From Octopus bimaculoides (Eukaryota), in NCBI RefSeq assembly GCF_001194135.2, contig NC_068990.1, positions 11,433,973 through 11,497,972 on the forward strand: a DNA stretch of 64,000 nt. Reading direction: 5' to 3'. The notes beneath the pieces were generated by a model, which was given only the letters and a program-made list of their open reading frames with translations, made no database searches and had not been told where the DNA came from. Position 1 is the first letter of the stretch, and every line of letters begins with the position of its first letter. Positions 1-12,400 of this stretch are shown piece by piece. Position numbers and translations under genes: made by a program.

Positions 1-47
<47 letters not shown>

Positions 48-69
48 ATATATGTATATATATATATAT

Positions 70-292
70 ATGTATGTATATGTTTGTGTGTCTGTGTTTG
101 TCCCCCCACCATCACTTGACAACCGATGTTGGTGTGTCTACATCCCTACAACTTAGCGGTTCGGCAAAAGAGACTGATAGAATAAGTGTTTGGCTTACAA
201 AGAATAAGTTCTGGCGTCGATTTGTTCAACTAAAGGTGGTGCTCCAGCATGGCCGCAGTCAAATGACTGAAGTAAAATAAAAAGTAAAAAAG
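70..292 (+). mobile_element. SINE family A, 3' half (head lies before the window or within the (TA)n tract)
   Basis: Body and tail (GGTGCTCCAGCATGGCCGCAGTCAAATGACTGAA) match the complete copies at 19941-20330 and 22770-23160. Confidence 0.8.
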
Positions 293-304
293 GCTATATG
301 TATA

Positions 305-353
<49 letters not shown>

Positions 354-489
354 CGATTAGTTATAGGATTTAATTGAGTTTAGGCACATCACGTAGGATG
401 ATGCAAATTGCTAGGTACAATAACATAGGGTTCACAGTGTGGTAAAACAACGATGAAAGTTTCAGGTGTTGGTAGGATATTGTAGATAT

Positions 490-860
490 GTAAGTACCAA
501 ATCTGGAAGGTTCTGCCACTGGTGAGACACTGATGGTCTGCTGCAGCTGAAGGCAAGGAGTTGGCTTTGGACTTATGCAGCTCATGTTTTTTCTTTGTGC
601 TTTTGTGATCCCATTCGGCTTGTAGGAGGTGGTATCTCTGTTGGTGCAGTTTTGCCAAGCAGGGTGGTCTTCTGCTTGTCTTTCTCAGATGTCGGGGTTG
701 ACCTCAAATTAAATAAATGAAAGAAAGTATCACTCAACACGTTTGTTTGGAGTTATATGTATTTAATAATAGTTTGCCTCAGCTTCACGTGTGAGCACAT
801 AGGACATCAGATGCCTGGAAGCAGAGTGGAAAGCTTGAAAGACATCCATGATGGCTTCTA
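490..860 (-). mobile_element. RTE-clade LINE, decayed 3' end with C-terminal zinc-finger-like motif
   Basis: Frameshifted translation FEVNPDI*ERQAEDHPAW...HELHKSKANSLPSAAADHQCLTSGRTFQ resembles the RTE/BovB C-terminus (NPDTWE..A.DR..W...C..CGRTF). Confidence 0.7.
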
Positions 861-1155
861 GGTGGCTTGGTGGTTAGAGAATTTGGCTGACAATTGTAAA
901 GTTCTGAGTTCAATTTCTGATGGTTCATCGTGTCCTTGACGAAGACATTTTATTTTACATTGCTCCAGTCCATTCAGCTGGCAAAAAATGAGAAGGACCC
1001 ATATTCTAAAGGACCATTCTGTCATGCTGAATATCTCTGAGGGCTTTGTTTAGGATATGCATGTCTGTGGAGCAATCAGCCACTTGAATGTTAATTTCAC
1101 AAGCAGGCTGTTCAGTTGATCAGATTAACTTCGAACCCTTTTGTTGTAACTGACT
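858..1155 (+). mobile_element. SINE family D (tRNA-like head, central CORE-like module, tail X)
   Basis: A/B-box-like head; GTGTCCTTGACGAAGACATTTTATTTTACATTGCTCCAGTCCATTCAGCTGGCAAAAA; related copies at 14581 and 50125. Confidence 0.7.
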
Positions 1156-1199
1156 AAGTACCAGTTATATACATGTGTGTGTGTGTGTATGACCCAAGA

Positions 1200-1600
1200 C
1201 AATAAAAGAAGACACATGTTGAAAGTGTCACTTAGTGGGATGGAACCCAGAGCTATATGGTTATGAAACAAACAGCCAAACCACACATCCATGCCAGTGG
1301 CATAGCTAATAGGGGAGCAACCACTGTCCCCAAGCACATTTTCCAAACTTGGTTCATTTTCAACAATGTTTTTTTTTTAACTCTTCGGTTCATTTGTGTG
1401 AAAAAAGTCAAATCTAATTGCATGACTTTGAAAGAACTTTCTGGAGTCATTACTTTATTGGACTGACCTCTTGTGTTTTTGAACTGTCTGCTCAATCTCC
1501 TGTGATGTGTTAGTGGCTGCTGACATCTGAAGAGCCAAAACAAACCATGATGTTGTAACCTCTTGACACTAGACAATCCTGTGGAGTTTCATCTTTTTCA
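1200..1600 (-). mobile_element. RTE-clade LINE fragment (post-RT region), probably the same copy as 490-860
   Basis: KRLQ...LSR...TVVAPLL / YATGMDVW align loosely, with frameshifts, to RTE QRLQ..LGSTLSR..AVVLPTLLYACETW. Confidence 0.45.
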
Positions 1601-1724
1601 TGTCACACCTATAGCAGTAGTTGTAAGTTTCAAACACAATGACGTTGTTACTGAAATATGAAATTAATGAATGGAGAATACAATTACATATATGAGAACT
1701 AATTAAATATTTTGCATGTTTATA

Positions 1725-1881
1725 GGCATAGGAGTGGCTGTGTGGTAAGTAGCTTGCTTACCCACCACATGGTTCCAGGTTCAGTTCCACTGTGTGGCAA
1801 CTTGGGCAAGTGTCTTCTACTATAGCCTCGGACCGACCAAAGCCGTGTGAGTCAATTTGGTAGACTGAAGCTGAAAGCCCG

Positions 1882-1916
<35 letters not shown>

Positions 1917-1983
1917 TTTATTTTATTAATAATGATAAAAAACATTTTTTTAATATATATATATATATATATCTGTGTGTGTG

Positions 1984-2071
<88 letters not shown>

Positions 2072-2105
2072 TGTGTCTGTGTTTGTCTCCCCAACATCGC
2101 TTGAC
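1725..2105 (+). mobile_element. SINE family A with expanded internal (TA)n/(TG)n, 3' truncated
   Basis: Head GGAGTGGCTGTGTGGTAAGTAGCTTGC...GGTTCAGTTCC, followed by microsatellites. Confidence 0.85.
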
Positions 2106-2321
2106 ATCGTTGAGCTATATGAAGTGGTCATGAAATGAGTGTACACATTGCAGCTTCACTAACCATTCCACTACTATACTGTAGACACACCAAAAAGGAG
2201 GAAAAGAGTTCAAACTTGTTTCAAGTGTTATTTGTTTGTATTTTGTGATGATACATGCTATACTTGAGTATTATATTCTATAATACTTAACCATTATTTA
2301 CATATTTTATAATGTGCCCTT

Positions 2322-2600
2322 TTAAAACCTAGCCAGGCTCATGGGCCTGGTTTCCCGGTTTCTATGGTGTACATGTTCCCCCCAACAAGCCGGATGGGAC
2401 GCCAGTCCATCGCAGCATTACTCAAGAAACAGGAAGAAAGGGCGAGAGAAAGTTGGGGCGAAAGAGTACAACAGGGTTCACCATTACCCCCTGCCTGAGC
2501 CTCGTGGAGCTTTAGGTGTTTTCGCTCAATAAACACACACAATGCCCAGTCTGGGAAGCGAAACTGCGATCCACTGACCACGAGTCCACTGCCCTAACCA
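2322..2600 (-). mobile_element. SINE family C head with GATGGACTGGCGTCC-type tail
   Basis: Minus-strand head GGAGGCACAATGGCCCACTGGTTAGGGC...GTTTCGCTTCCC; head shared with 39165-39722, tail shared with 14855-14930. Confidence 0.75.
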
Positions 2601-3829
2601 GTGGGCCATTGTGCCTCCACATTATTTACATATGATAATATAATACTTACGTGTTATATACATATAACACGTATAGTACTTAAGTCTTATGTAAATGTAT
2701 TATGAAAAGGAGAGAAAGGAAAAGTGGTTGGCAGAGAGAGAAAGAGAGAGAAAGAGAGAAGATAAAGAGAGCAACAACACCTGGTCCTTGGTTTCCTTTA
2801 ATCAATGTTTACATTCTTGTAAACACTTGGATCAGGTGTCAGATAATTTCATATTTTCCTGTGCTGCTTCCTACTACAGCAATTCTTATGTCAATACTCC
2901 ATCCTCCTGTTCTTCCACCAGTTTTAAAGGTCATTCAAAGGGTGATGGAGCTGCGCTTTCAGCTCTGAATAATTCTCCTTGTTTTGACTAAGACCTAAGT
3001 AAATAAGAATATGCATAAATTTGTAAATAAGTAAATAAATAAATAAAGAGAGATGAAGAGGGAAATAGAGTTTGAAATAGAGTTTGTATGTTTTGCATTC
3101 TAACATTGCTGCCTGTAGTAGACAATAGGAAAATATTGTGTATTCCTGAATGTTCTTGGTCTAGGTTTCAATTGGAATGATCATAATAAGTGCAGGCATG
3201 TCTATTTGGTAAAGAAATTTATTCCTAACCAAGTGATTTCTGGTTCAATCCCAGTGTGTGCCACCTTTACCATTTGTTTTTTTTTCTTCCATCTACTCCT
3301 GCTCCTCATAAGACAATGGATTGGCACAGATTGCTATGACTACTAAGAAAGGGTTTGAGGTGTCTGATTGTAGCTTCTTGGACTAGGCATAAAGTGACTC
3401 TCTCGGTCATTTCTAATACTGCAACCTGTAGTGTGTTGGAAAGAAAGGCCTGCTGCTTTCCATCCCTTCAAGGCTTGCTGCTTTCCATCCCTTTTCGCCC
3501 CTTTAGGGCAAAAAGCTCTCAAGTAGCACTTGCTATCGTAGTTGTAACAACTGAGGTATTTGCTACACACCATCAACATCATGCCCTTTGTTTCTACTCC
3601 CTCAACAGACCACAACTCTAGTATAGCTCTGAGGTATACAAAGGTCATTAGGGTTTGTAGGTTAATTTTACCCTTTTTCTCTAATCACATATCTATACTA
3701 ACTACAACTGCACTTATCACCAGAGGTGACAGGAGACAATGTCATGGCTGATGCCACCTATCCACTGTCTTTCTTTGAGCCAAGTATTGGAATACAAACG
3801 TTAAGGTAGAATATGTCTCACAATTTCAG

Positions 3830-3901
3830 GTTATGTCCTTGCAAAAGACTCTTCTCTAAATTAAGCAGAAGACATTTCTATTTTTTCGGTTACATTGGAT
3901 G
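3830..3901 (+). other. Candidate exon (72 bp)
   Basis: Acceptor tctcacaatttcag and donor ATG|gtgaga; one frame open (LCPCKRLFSKLSRRHFYFFGYIG), or the exon ends in an ATG start codon. Confidence 0.3.
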
Positions 3902-4030
3902 GTGAGAATTTCTCTCCTCTCCATATGTTGGGCAGGCCTTCACCAGCTCCTATGTTGAAGGAAAACGAACCTCCATTAACATTTTCTTATGAAGCACAAA
4001 TATGTAATTTTATTCTTCGCTAATTCTTAG

Positions 4031-4065
4031 ATTACAGCTTATATCAGTCTATGTAGTTTCACCTG
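4031..4065 (+). other. Candidate exon (35 bp)
   Basis: Acceptor ttttattcttcgctaattcttag with a branch-like gctaat, and donor CTG|gtaagg. Confidence 0.35.
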
Positions 4066-4739
4066 GTAAGGAGAGACAGTATGAACTGACATAATTTTGC
4101 CAAACAAACACTTTTTTTTGTAATTTCATTATATCATGTCTTTGTTTCACTAATAACAAATAGAAAACTTCCACTCCCAAATGTATTTTTTCTTGCATGG
4201 CACAATATGCTTATATATGCAAATGTCATTACTATTGTCACACAAATAGCTCACACATTGTTCATTCTAGTGTTGTTTTTAAGGAAATTTGTATAAATTT
4301 TCCCCTTTTGCAGCATGTGTTTCATGCAGAATAATATTTTCTTGATTTTTCTTCTTTATTTTTTTTTTGTATGTTCTGTGTTTGGTCGTGTTGGCTTTAA
4401 ACATTTTACTTTTGTAGAGTATAGCTAAGAATTTTCAAAACCATTCCTTTCTATATGTAGACAGAATTTTAAAAAAATATAGCTTCTCTTAAAAAAAGAA
4501 ACAACTTATTTTTGTTTAATCCTTGTATAATAAGAGTTTTCTAACTCTCCAAAACTCAGTGTGTGAATATGATAAAAATAAAAACTATTTTATTCTATGC
4601 AGTCGTACAATGTGGAATATTTTGGTTTGAGTATCATCTTATTAGAATGTCTGACCCTTCAGCTCAAACATAAAAATGAAAATATGGTATTATAGTGCCA
4701 AATAAGAAGAGTCGAATTAATTAAAACTGAGAATATTCA

Positions 4740-6070
4740 ACAAGATGGGGACACTGAATTCAGAGAATAAAGCAAAAACCACTCCTAGAATTACCTAGGA
4801 TTTCTATGTATGAATGTAATAAGATACAATGCAGAGAAACGAAAATGTACATTAGGAAAGAATATTGCAGAAGTGTCAGGGAAATATCATAGAACTAAGA
4901 TATTAAGTATAAATATACTGGCCACTTCAGTCTAAATCACAGCTCCAATATAATGAAGTAGAAATTGTGTGAACTGAAAAGCTTAGATGGAAAAACCAGA
5001 GAGCTCCTAATAATATACTGAAGCCTTTTTCTAAAATTGAATAAACAGAATATATCTACCTTGTATATCAAGAAGGCAAGTCATGATGCAGACAGAGAAC
5101 AAGTGCAAAGTATCAATAGTAGGACTAAAAAGAAACTTAGAAGCAAGCAATGTTATATTAACAAATATAAGAAACATGTTTGAAGAACTAACAACTTTTC
5201 TCTAAATATATTCTTTTATTCTTTTCCTTGTTTCAGTCATTTGACTGCAGCCATAGCAAAATATGAACAGGAAACTGATTACAGTGAAGTAACAGGATAA
5301 AACAAGTGAAAATTTTAGAAAGACAAAAGATAAAATCAAAATGTATTTGTATTGCATACTGAAGAAAAAGTGAAGAGAAAAACAACTCCATGGCCAATAT
5401 CTCATATGGCCAAACAGGGAGAAAGTTAGTCAGTAATGGGCTGAAAATCTCTGAACTAAAATTGGAAACAGAAGGTCAGACTTAGTCATATAAGGTCAAT
5501 GCCTAGTCACAAACAACTACAAAAATTAACTAACAGAAGACTCTAACTCCAAGCTGTAACTGTGAAACCAGTACAATAAGACAGAGTTGGCCATGTCTTC
5601 TCTATTCGCCCAGTCCTTGCCAAGTCGAAATACATAGACAAACAGAAGTGAATCAGTAGCTGTCTGTTGGGCAGTATTCCAACACTTCAATATAAAAATG
5701 GATAAGAAATGGTATAAATATGAAACAAGACAATACATGATAATGACCGAGCAACAATTATCTTGAACATGCCTGTCCAGAATGATGAGAAGATCAAGAC
5801 AAATCATCATAATATAATAATCAAGGACTGGAAATAAAATATATTCTCAATGATAGACAGCATGATCTTCCCTTGACCAAATCATTACATAGGAGGAAGT
5901 GAAGATACTATCCATTATACTAATACAAGAATATTGAAATTGAAACAAACAGGATATGAGACGTGAAAGTAAAAACACTATGAGTGAAAACTGAAGCACT
6001 AAGTATGATGTGCAAAATATAAGCAAACTTCTACAAGTAGCTATACTAGGTGCAGCATACATTTTGATTA
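4740..6070 (+). mobile_element. R4/Dong-like (restriction-like endonuclease) LINE, decayed RT thumb to RLE region
   Basis: NYLGFL, KILSINILATSV, LKSLDGKTRELL, WAVFQHFNIKMDKKWYK, NDRATIILNMPVQNDEKIKTNHHNIIIKD and YKNIEIETNRI*DVKVKT match the R4/Dong motif order; many stops and frameshifts. Confidence 0.75.
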
Positions 6071-6879
6071 AGACATTTCAAATTCATAAGCACAACTCAA
6101 ACAACACACTTTCTGTATACATCACATGTTTTATCTTGGTATTTTACTCCAGTGGTGGTATTAGCTAATAATGGTAATCTGAAATGATTTCTTCTCTTGT
6201 AAGGGTTTGGTTTCAACACAGCAAGCTTTTAAAGCACTCGGCATTGGCACTGTGTGATTCTGCAGCTTGCATCAGGGAACTTCACTCCTCTAATGGACTT
6301 ATTTACAGTTTTTATAGCTGACTGTGTTTGTTAAAAGAGAAAATATAACATTATGCAAGTGATGAGATTTAAAACCACTTGACTAGTTCTCTGATATCTT
6401 ATCGATTCAAACAAATGAAGGTCTCGCAAATGTGAGAATAAAAAATGAAAATAGTGTTTCTGAAATGTTTTCTTTTTAGTTCTGTGGTTAAAATAATTTC
6501 TAAAATTGGCACAAAGAGATATATTTTTAAATGTTAGTGGTTTAGTTAATTGAATCAAGCTCTTTATATGACTGGTACATATTTTACCAGTGTCAAAGAA
6601 ATAAAAATAGCATAAAACATCAAAAGATTTGGAGAAGGAAAACAAATTTGGAATTTTTCACATTACTGTATGGTGATATATTGATTTGTTCTTAACCTTT
6701 TATAGGAATGAGTGAAGTTAGTTGAACTGATTGCATTATATTCCAGTTATTAATTTTTCTATATTTTCTTTATTTTTTATACTGTGGTTAGCTAGGTGGC
6801 AAAGATAGCAGTAGTTGAGATTGAACTTGGAATGTAAAGTGCTTAAATACATTCTGTATGGAATCTTGACTGATAATTG

Positions 6880-7130
6880 CTGTTAACGTATCTGATGCAA
6901 GGAACATCAAATGGTGAGGCAAAGACATTAGCATAAAGTCTAATGTTATTTGAATCTTATAAAAATAGTAAAAAAATGAGCTGTTTCAACATCAGGTACA
7001 TGTTAGACAACACATTCCCTTGACATAAATAGGAGACAAATCTGAGTATGTTTCAGCTTCATTATAACCTCTTCAGAAAAGTATACAGTTTATTGTACTT
7101 GCAGATGATGTCACAGAGTATTTAACCTCA
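6880..7130 (+). mobile_element. Possible RTE-type RT fragment
   Basis: FNIR..VRQ-like nucleotides followed by FIVLADDVT (YADD-like); heavily decayed. Confidence 0.3.
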
Positions 7131-7204
7131 GTGGTTTGTTTAGCCAAGTACTCTCTACCATTTCTGTCATATCACTTCTCTAAAATGACCATGTTTTATA
7201 CCAG

Positions 7205-7255
7205 CATCAGTTGTCAAGTGATGTTGGGGGGACAAACACAAACACACAAACATAT

Positions 7256-7290
<35 letters not shown>

Positions 7291-7468
7291 TGTACATATA
7301 TACGACGGGCTTCTTTCAGTTTCCGTCTACCAAATCCACTCACAAGGCTTTGGTCGGCCTGAGGCTATAGTAGAAGACACTTGCCCAAGGTGCGACACAG
7401 TGGGACTGAACCCGGAACCATGTGGTTGGTAAGCAAGCTACTTACCACACACCCACTCCTACGCCTAT
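7205..7468 (-). mobile_element. SINE family A, 5' half
   Basis: Reverse complement of the family A head plus internal (CA)/(TA) tract. Confidence 0.85.
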
Positions 7469-7499
7469 ATGTTATAAAGTTCACACAAATTTAGCATAA

Positions 7500-8130
7500 A
7501 CTGTTTAGGTTGTATGTGGATGAAGCTTGAGTGCAGAAGGCCAGGGAGGAATGTTGAGTGGTATCATCTTAGCAGGAGGGGATTTAAAAACGACAACAAG
7601 GAGGTCTTTGATATATAAAGAGAAAAGGATATTGAATAAAATTGAACTTTGTGACTTGCTGGAGTTGACAGAATATGAATCACACATAGTTCCATAGGTG
7701 AAGGAATACTATAGTACACACTGTTAAGAATTAAATCATCACTTGTGTAAACAAAAATGGATAGAGACCATATTTGGATAGTTTTGACAAGAAGTTTGCA
7801 TGTCACACATGGTGGAAAGCTTCCCTGACTTCAATGGCGACAAAGTTGCTTTCACCAGATTTCTAATGAGTGAAGCCCCACTAGGGAATGACACAAAAAT
7901 ATGGATCCCCAGTGGACTTGGCTCTATAAAAATACCATTCTGGTGAACATCAAGGAAGTAGAAAGATTGAAGGTGATAGAAAGAGAGGTGTTAATGACTG
8001 CTCCATCACTTTTGTGGTTGTTAGTTAAAATAGAGCCATAGTTGGCAGGATTAGAATAGTTTCTCTTCTTCAGAATGAAATCCATAGTAACATGCTTCCA
8101 AACACTGTATTACATTCTTGCAGAAAGTGG
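7500..8130 (-). mobile_element. CR1/L2-group LINE RT fragment
   Basis: ESNFVAIEVREAFHHV*HANFLSKLSKYGL and SQSSILFNILFSLYIKDLL correspond to LDISKAFDRVWH..LL.KL..YG and PQGSILSP.LF.LYINDL. Confidence 0.7.
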
Positions 8131-8793
8131 GAGAGAAATTGAAGAGTTTAGTAAAGATTAAAGCTAGATCTGGAGTGTGTTGCTTAAGGATAAGAGAGGA
8201 GACATCGACAGGACCAGTCATTCAGTTGCCATAAAGTAACTGGAAATGCACACTTTGTATATATATGTCTATGAGTGTATATGCGAGTATATATATATAT
8301 ATTATTTTTTTGGCAAATGTGTGGGTGAGTATGTGTGTGTTTCAAATAAGGGTGGATGAGTGTGTATATATACATATATATATATATATACATATATATA
8401 CATACATATATATATATATATATATAGGTGCATGTACATCGGTGTGCGGGCGCACATGTATATGTATGGACTGGTGTGCTTACGCGTATACTATGGACAT
8501 TTTTACTCCTTACCTTTACTCCCTCCCCTCACTTAGCTGTCATTCTAATAGCTCTTTTGTTTTAATAACGGTCAGCCACACAGTAATTTCCCTTTGTTTA
8601 ATGGTCATTTTCATAGCATTCTTCGATGGCCAGATAATTGAAGAGATGGCTGCATGGGTTTCCACCCCAGCATCTGAAACTCGGAGTTTTATCATGGCTA
8701 CCAAATAAATGTTGCATATTATTTACAGATAAATTCGTCTATTTACATAATATCAAGGTCTCTTTCTTTCTTTTGTTGTCTTACCATTTCTAT

Positions 8794-8855
<62 letters not shown>

Positions 8856-8861
8856 GTGCAA

Positions 8862-9048
8862 GTGCTGAAAACTTCCTGGCTTTAAGGGTATTGTGAAAGA
8901 CCTCATTGGCGTTCTTGAACAGGACTTAGAAAAACTGAAGTATCACTACAACAAGTGCATGAATCTGAGAGGGGAATATGATGAATGAAATCATAATTAA
9001 TTGATCCTCCTGTATTTTCGTTTACCCAAAACCAGGAACTTTTCATCA
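8862..9048 (+). mobile_element. Mariner-derived MITE
   Basis: TIRs GTGCTGAAAACTTCCTGGCTTT..GGGTA / TACCCAAAACCAGGAACTTTTCA; internal KYHYNKCMNLRGEYDE* resembles the mariner C-terminus. Confidence 0.7.
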
Positions 9049-9049
9049 A

Positions 9050-10750
9050 ATAGGGTTGAAGTTGGCCTTATAGACAGGTATTGCTAGATGAATGAAAACA
9101 ATGATTTTCTTAGTTGCTTCAAATCAACATTTTTTAAAATTAGATCATAAATAATACAATCACAGTTGACAACGACATAAAACTGATGTCTAAATTAAGG
9201 AATCTGCTTGTGTCAGAATCTTTTACTGGGCTTTCAGCAAACATTTCTCATCAAACATTACTTTGGCACTCTCTTCCTTTCTTGTAGTTTAATTTCAGTT
9301 TGCAGACAGGTGACAACATCTTTTGATTTGGTTAGAAGAGGATAAAACTGATGTCATAGTTTTCTGCAAATTTCCAGTTAGTATTTCTTTGGTGTCCACA
9401 TCAATATCTACATTGGCATCTCTTGGTTGTGATATCATGTCACAGATATTAATAGGAGAAAGAATGTTGAACCAGATGGACAACATCAGTTTGTATCTAA
9501 TAGGGAACACGTGTTTAATAGTTTCAATGACTCCACTTCTGGTCCTTTTTATCAGATAAATTTTCAGCATATTATGCTGGGCTAGTTCAATTATCTGATA
9601 TTTGATATGTTGGGAAATCATTAATATCTTATATGTATCAGAAAAATTTGCCATTTTGGAAGCTGAGCAAAGGTATTGATACTCTAAACAGTTCTGAAAA
9701 AATAGCTGCTTCAATGTAGTATTTTGGTGAATCTGTGCCACGCAAATGTTCTTGCCATCAGTATGGTAAAATAATAGCAAGATGACAATCACAAGGTAAA
9801 ATCCCATGTAATTCCCTCTACCTGGCTGCCACATTGTTACCATTGTTATTGGCTTCTGCCATCTTCTCTGGGAATGTTTTGATGGACATATTCTCTGAAA
9901 GACATTTTTATTCAATGATTCCTTCATAAGGTTTGCGATGTCAGAACCTGCTTTCTCAAAGACAGTCTTCAAAAGATAAAAAATCTCCTTGAATCTTAAA
10001 CTCACAAGCTTTCCTTTGAAGGTAATATAAGATAAATTTTGTCTATCCAACACGTACAGAGTAGGGTGTTGCATAAGCTATTATTCAAAAGTATTCTGCT
10101 TTTGATCTTTTGGAGAGTATGTGTATCAAAAGGAGACAAGAGCAAATAGAAATACATTCATCTTGTGATTCAGATGACAAATAATATATTTGCAACCTTT
10201 CTCCTTTTTCCTGGCTTTCTTTGACCTTCCTGACATAGGTTTCATGTATGAGATCACAATATGATAAAGTTCAACCAGCCTAAGGAAGTTACCGTTCTGA
10301 ACATCAGTAATCAGGTGAGAGATACTACAAAGTGTTAACCCTGTTCTGCCCCAAATAATATAATGTCAATTGGTGTAAAATATTAGTCCACTTTGCTTCC
10401 TCGACTAAAATTTATTTATACAGAAACTATTTCATGCAACTGAATGAATTTTGTTCAAGCTCTCACCATGATGCATAATTCAATTTATGCTGGTTACTAT
10501 TTTCATGCTCAGCAATTCTATCACATAATTTACTCCATATTTCTGTTGTAGACTATCCATTTTCACTTATCAATGCAGATGTATTAAGTCTACCTTTTCC
10601 AAAGAATCAATATGGTAAACACAATATGGCTTGTTTCTTGATACTTCGCACTAGCAAATCACTTGCAGAATTTCACCGTTGAGTTTTCTGTATTTAAGGA
10701 TACTACCTGACAAATATTGTTGCTCATTACAGCCTGAAGCCAACAGTGAA
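9050..10750 (-). mobile_element. RTE-clade LINE, decayed RT core (includes the 259-aa ORF at 9295-10074)
   Basis: FEKAGSDIA, WQKPITMVT..GNYMGFYL, ETIKHVFPIRY, RDANVDID, KEESAKVMFDEKCLLKA and TKKIIV follow the RTE RT motif order. Confidence 0.7.
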
Positions 10751-10954
10751 ATTTAATTTGAAGGAACCTTACCTGGAAGAAGTAGAAGTGTTAACAAAAG
10801 AGATAGAACTACTCAGTACCAGGCCCAAATGAAGCAACTCCCGTGGCCTGGTCAGGGGGACAGGGGTGGGACTCAGAAGATGAGAGCTGAGATAAATGAG
10901 TCATTGCTGCCTCCACCATTATTCATGCTCTTGCTGCTGCTGGGGTTGATGTTG

Positions 10955-11170
10955 TTATCATCATCATCATCATCATCATGAGGACGATGGTGGTGGTGGT
11001 GGTGGTGATGATAATGATGATGATGAGGATGATGATAGTGATGATGATAATAATGATGATGTTGATGACGACAGTGACGACGGTGATGGTGATGACGTTG
11101 ACTACGATGGTGTTGACAACGACGACGACGATGATGATAACGATGATGATGATGATGATGATGATGTTGA
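10955..11170. repeat. Mixed (CAT)/(GGT)/(GAT) triplet microsatellite
   Basis: Direct reading. Confidence 0.95.
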
Positions 11171-11523
11171 TTACAATCACTAAAAAAGGTCTGCCAGTCA
11201 GTTTCATCAGGAATTCTCTTAAGCAAGAACACTAACACTACATTTCCCCACCACCATCACCTTCCCTTCAGTTTATGCTTAATGATATCTCATTGATTAA
11301 GAACCGACTCTAGCAAGAAGAACAAATATTCAGTATTTGATTGGCCTCATATTTCATCTGTGCCAAATAATAAATATTTTAAGAGTTCCCTGATGTGTAT
11401 TTGTTTTGTGTTATTTGTTTTATGGAAACATGAAAAGAAAAGATAAATATTTATTTCTTGATTGCATACACTAGTGTAATTACTTAACTATTAATGATCA
11501 GAGGTATTCATTAACGAATGATC

Positions 11524-11596
11524 GACCCTATGGAATATAGGGTCCTATGGAATATAGGGTCCTATGGAATATAGGGTCCTATGGAATATAGGGTCC
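11524..11596. repeat. Four tandem copies of the 17-bp unit CCTATGGAATATAGGGT
   Basis: Units start at 11527, 11544, 11561 and 11578; the first forms the hairpin GACCCTAT-GGAAT-ATAGGGTC. Confidence 0.95.
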
Positions 11597-12199
11597 AATT
11601 AGAGCTTGTGACATCGTGTTAAATAACCCTCATCCGGAGGAATCAAAGCAGTGTACCAAACAAGCTGACAAGGAAGCCTGTATCTGATTGCTCCNNNNNN
11701 NNNNTCAAAGCAGTGTACCAAACAAGCTGACAAGGAAGCCTGTATCTGATTGCTCCTGTCTGTGAGACATGAAAGCCAGATCTTGAACCAATAAGGGAGT
11801 CAGAGCTCCAGAATGGTTACTCGACCTGCAAGACACAATAGCCATATCTTTGAAGAATGATGGAATAACAATCTATTATCTTTAAAAACAGAGAAAGCCA
11901 TCATCATCATCATCATCACCACCACCACCACTACCACTACCGCCACCACTACCACTACCACCGACCACCACTGACCGCAACCACAACCACCACCACCACC
12001 ACCATCACCACCACCACNNNNNNNNNNAATCTATTATCTTTAAAAACAGAGAAAGCCATCATCATCATCATCATCACCACCACCACCACTACCACCACCG
12101 CCACCACCACTACCACCGACCACCACTGACCGCAACCACAACCACCACCACCACCACCATCACCACCACCACTACCAGCACCTGCACCCCACCACCATC

Positions 12200-12400
12200 A
12201 TCATCTTGTAATGTCCATTTCCCATGCTGGCATGGGTTGGACATCTTGACCAGTGCTGGAAAGCTGGAGATTTGCACCAGGTCCCTTTCTGATTTGGCAT
12301 GGTTTCTGCAGCTGGATGCCCTTTCTAATGCCAACCCCTTTACAGTGTGTGCTGGTCATGGTTAGAACATGTTTGACCGAGGTCAGTTTTATCAGAACTG
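12200..12400 (-). mobile_element. SINE family E ((CAT)n-tailed, TTTCCATGCTGGCATGGGTTGGAC motif)
   Basis: Related copies at 44765-45140, 51515-51715 and 59330-59412. Confidence 0.65.

Noticed and set aside
3445-3494. 25-bp tandem duplication
   Set aside because: Two copies only, in decayed sequence; ordinary slippage event
6205-6325. Homeobox-like VWFQ after an acceptor
   Set aside because: Reads VWFQHSK rather than WFQNRR, and the splice phase does not fit the usual Q|VWF intron
11527-11594. CRISPR-like palindromic repeat array
   Set aside because: No spacers, unit only 17 bp, eukaryotic context and no cas genes
11643-11756. 52-bp direct repeat flanking a 10-N gap
   Set aside because: Exact duplication on both sides of a placeholder gap indicates an unmerged contig overlap
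11868-12180. ~150-bp direct duplication around a 10-N gap
   Set aside because: Same artefact pattern; the small differences fit two haplotypes of a microsatellite
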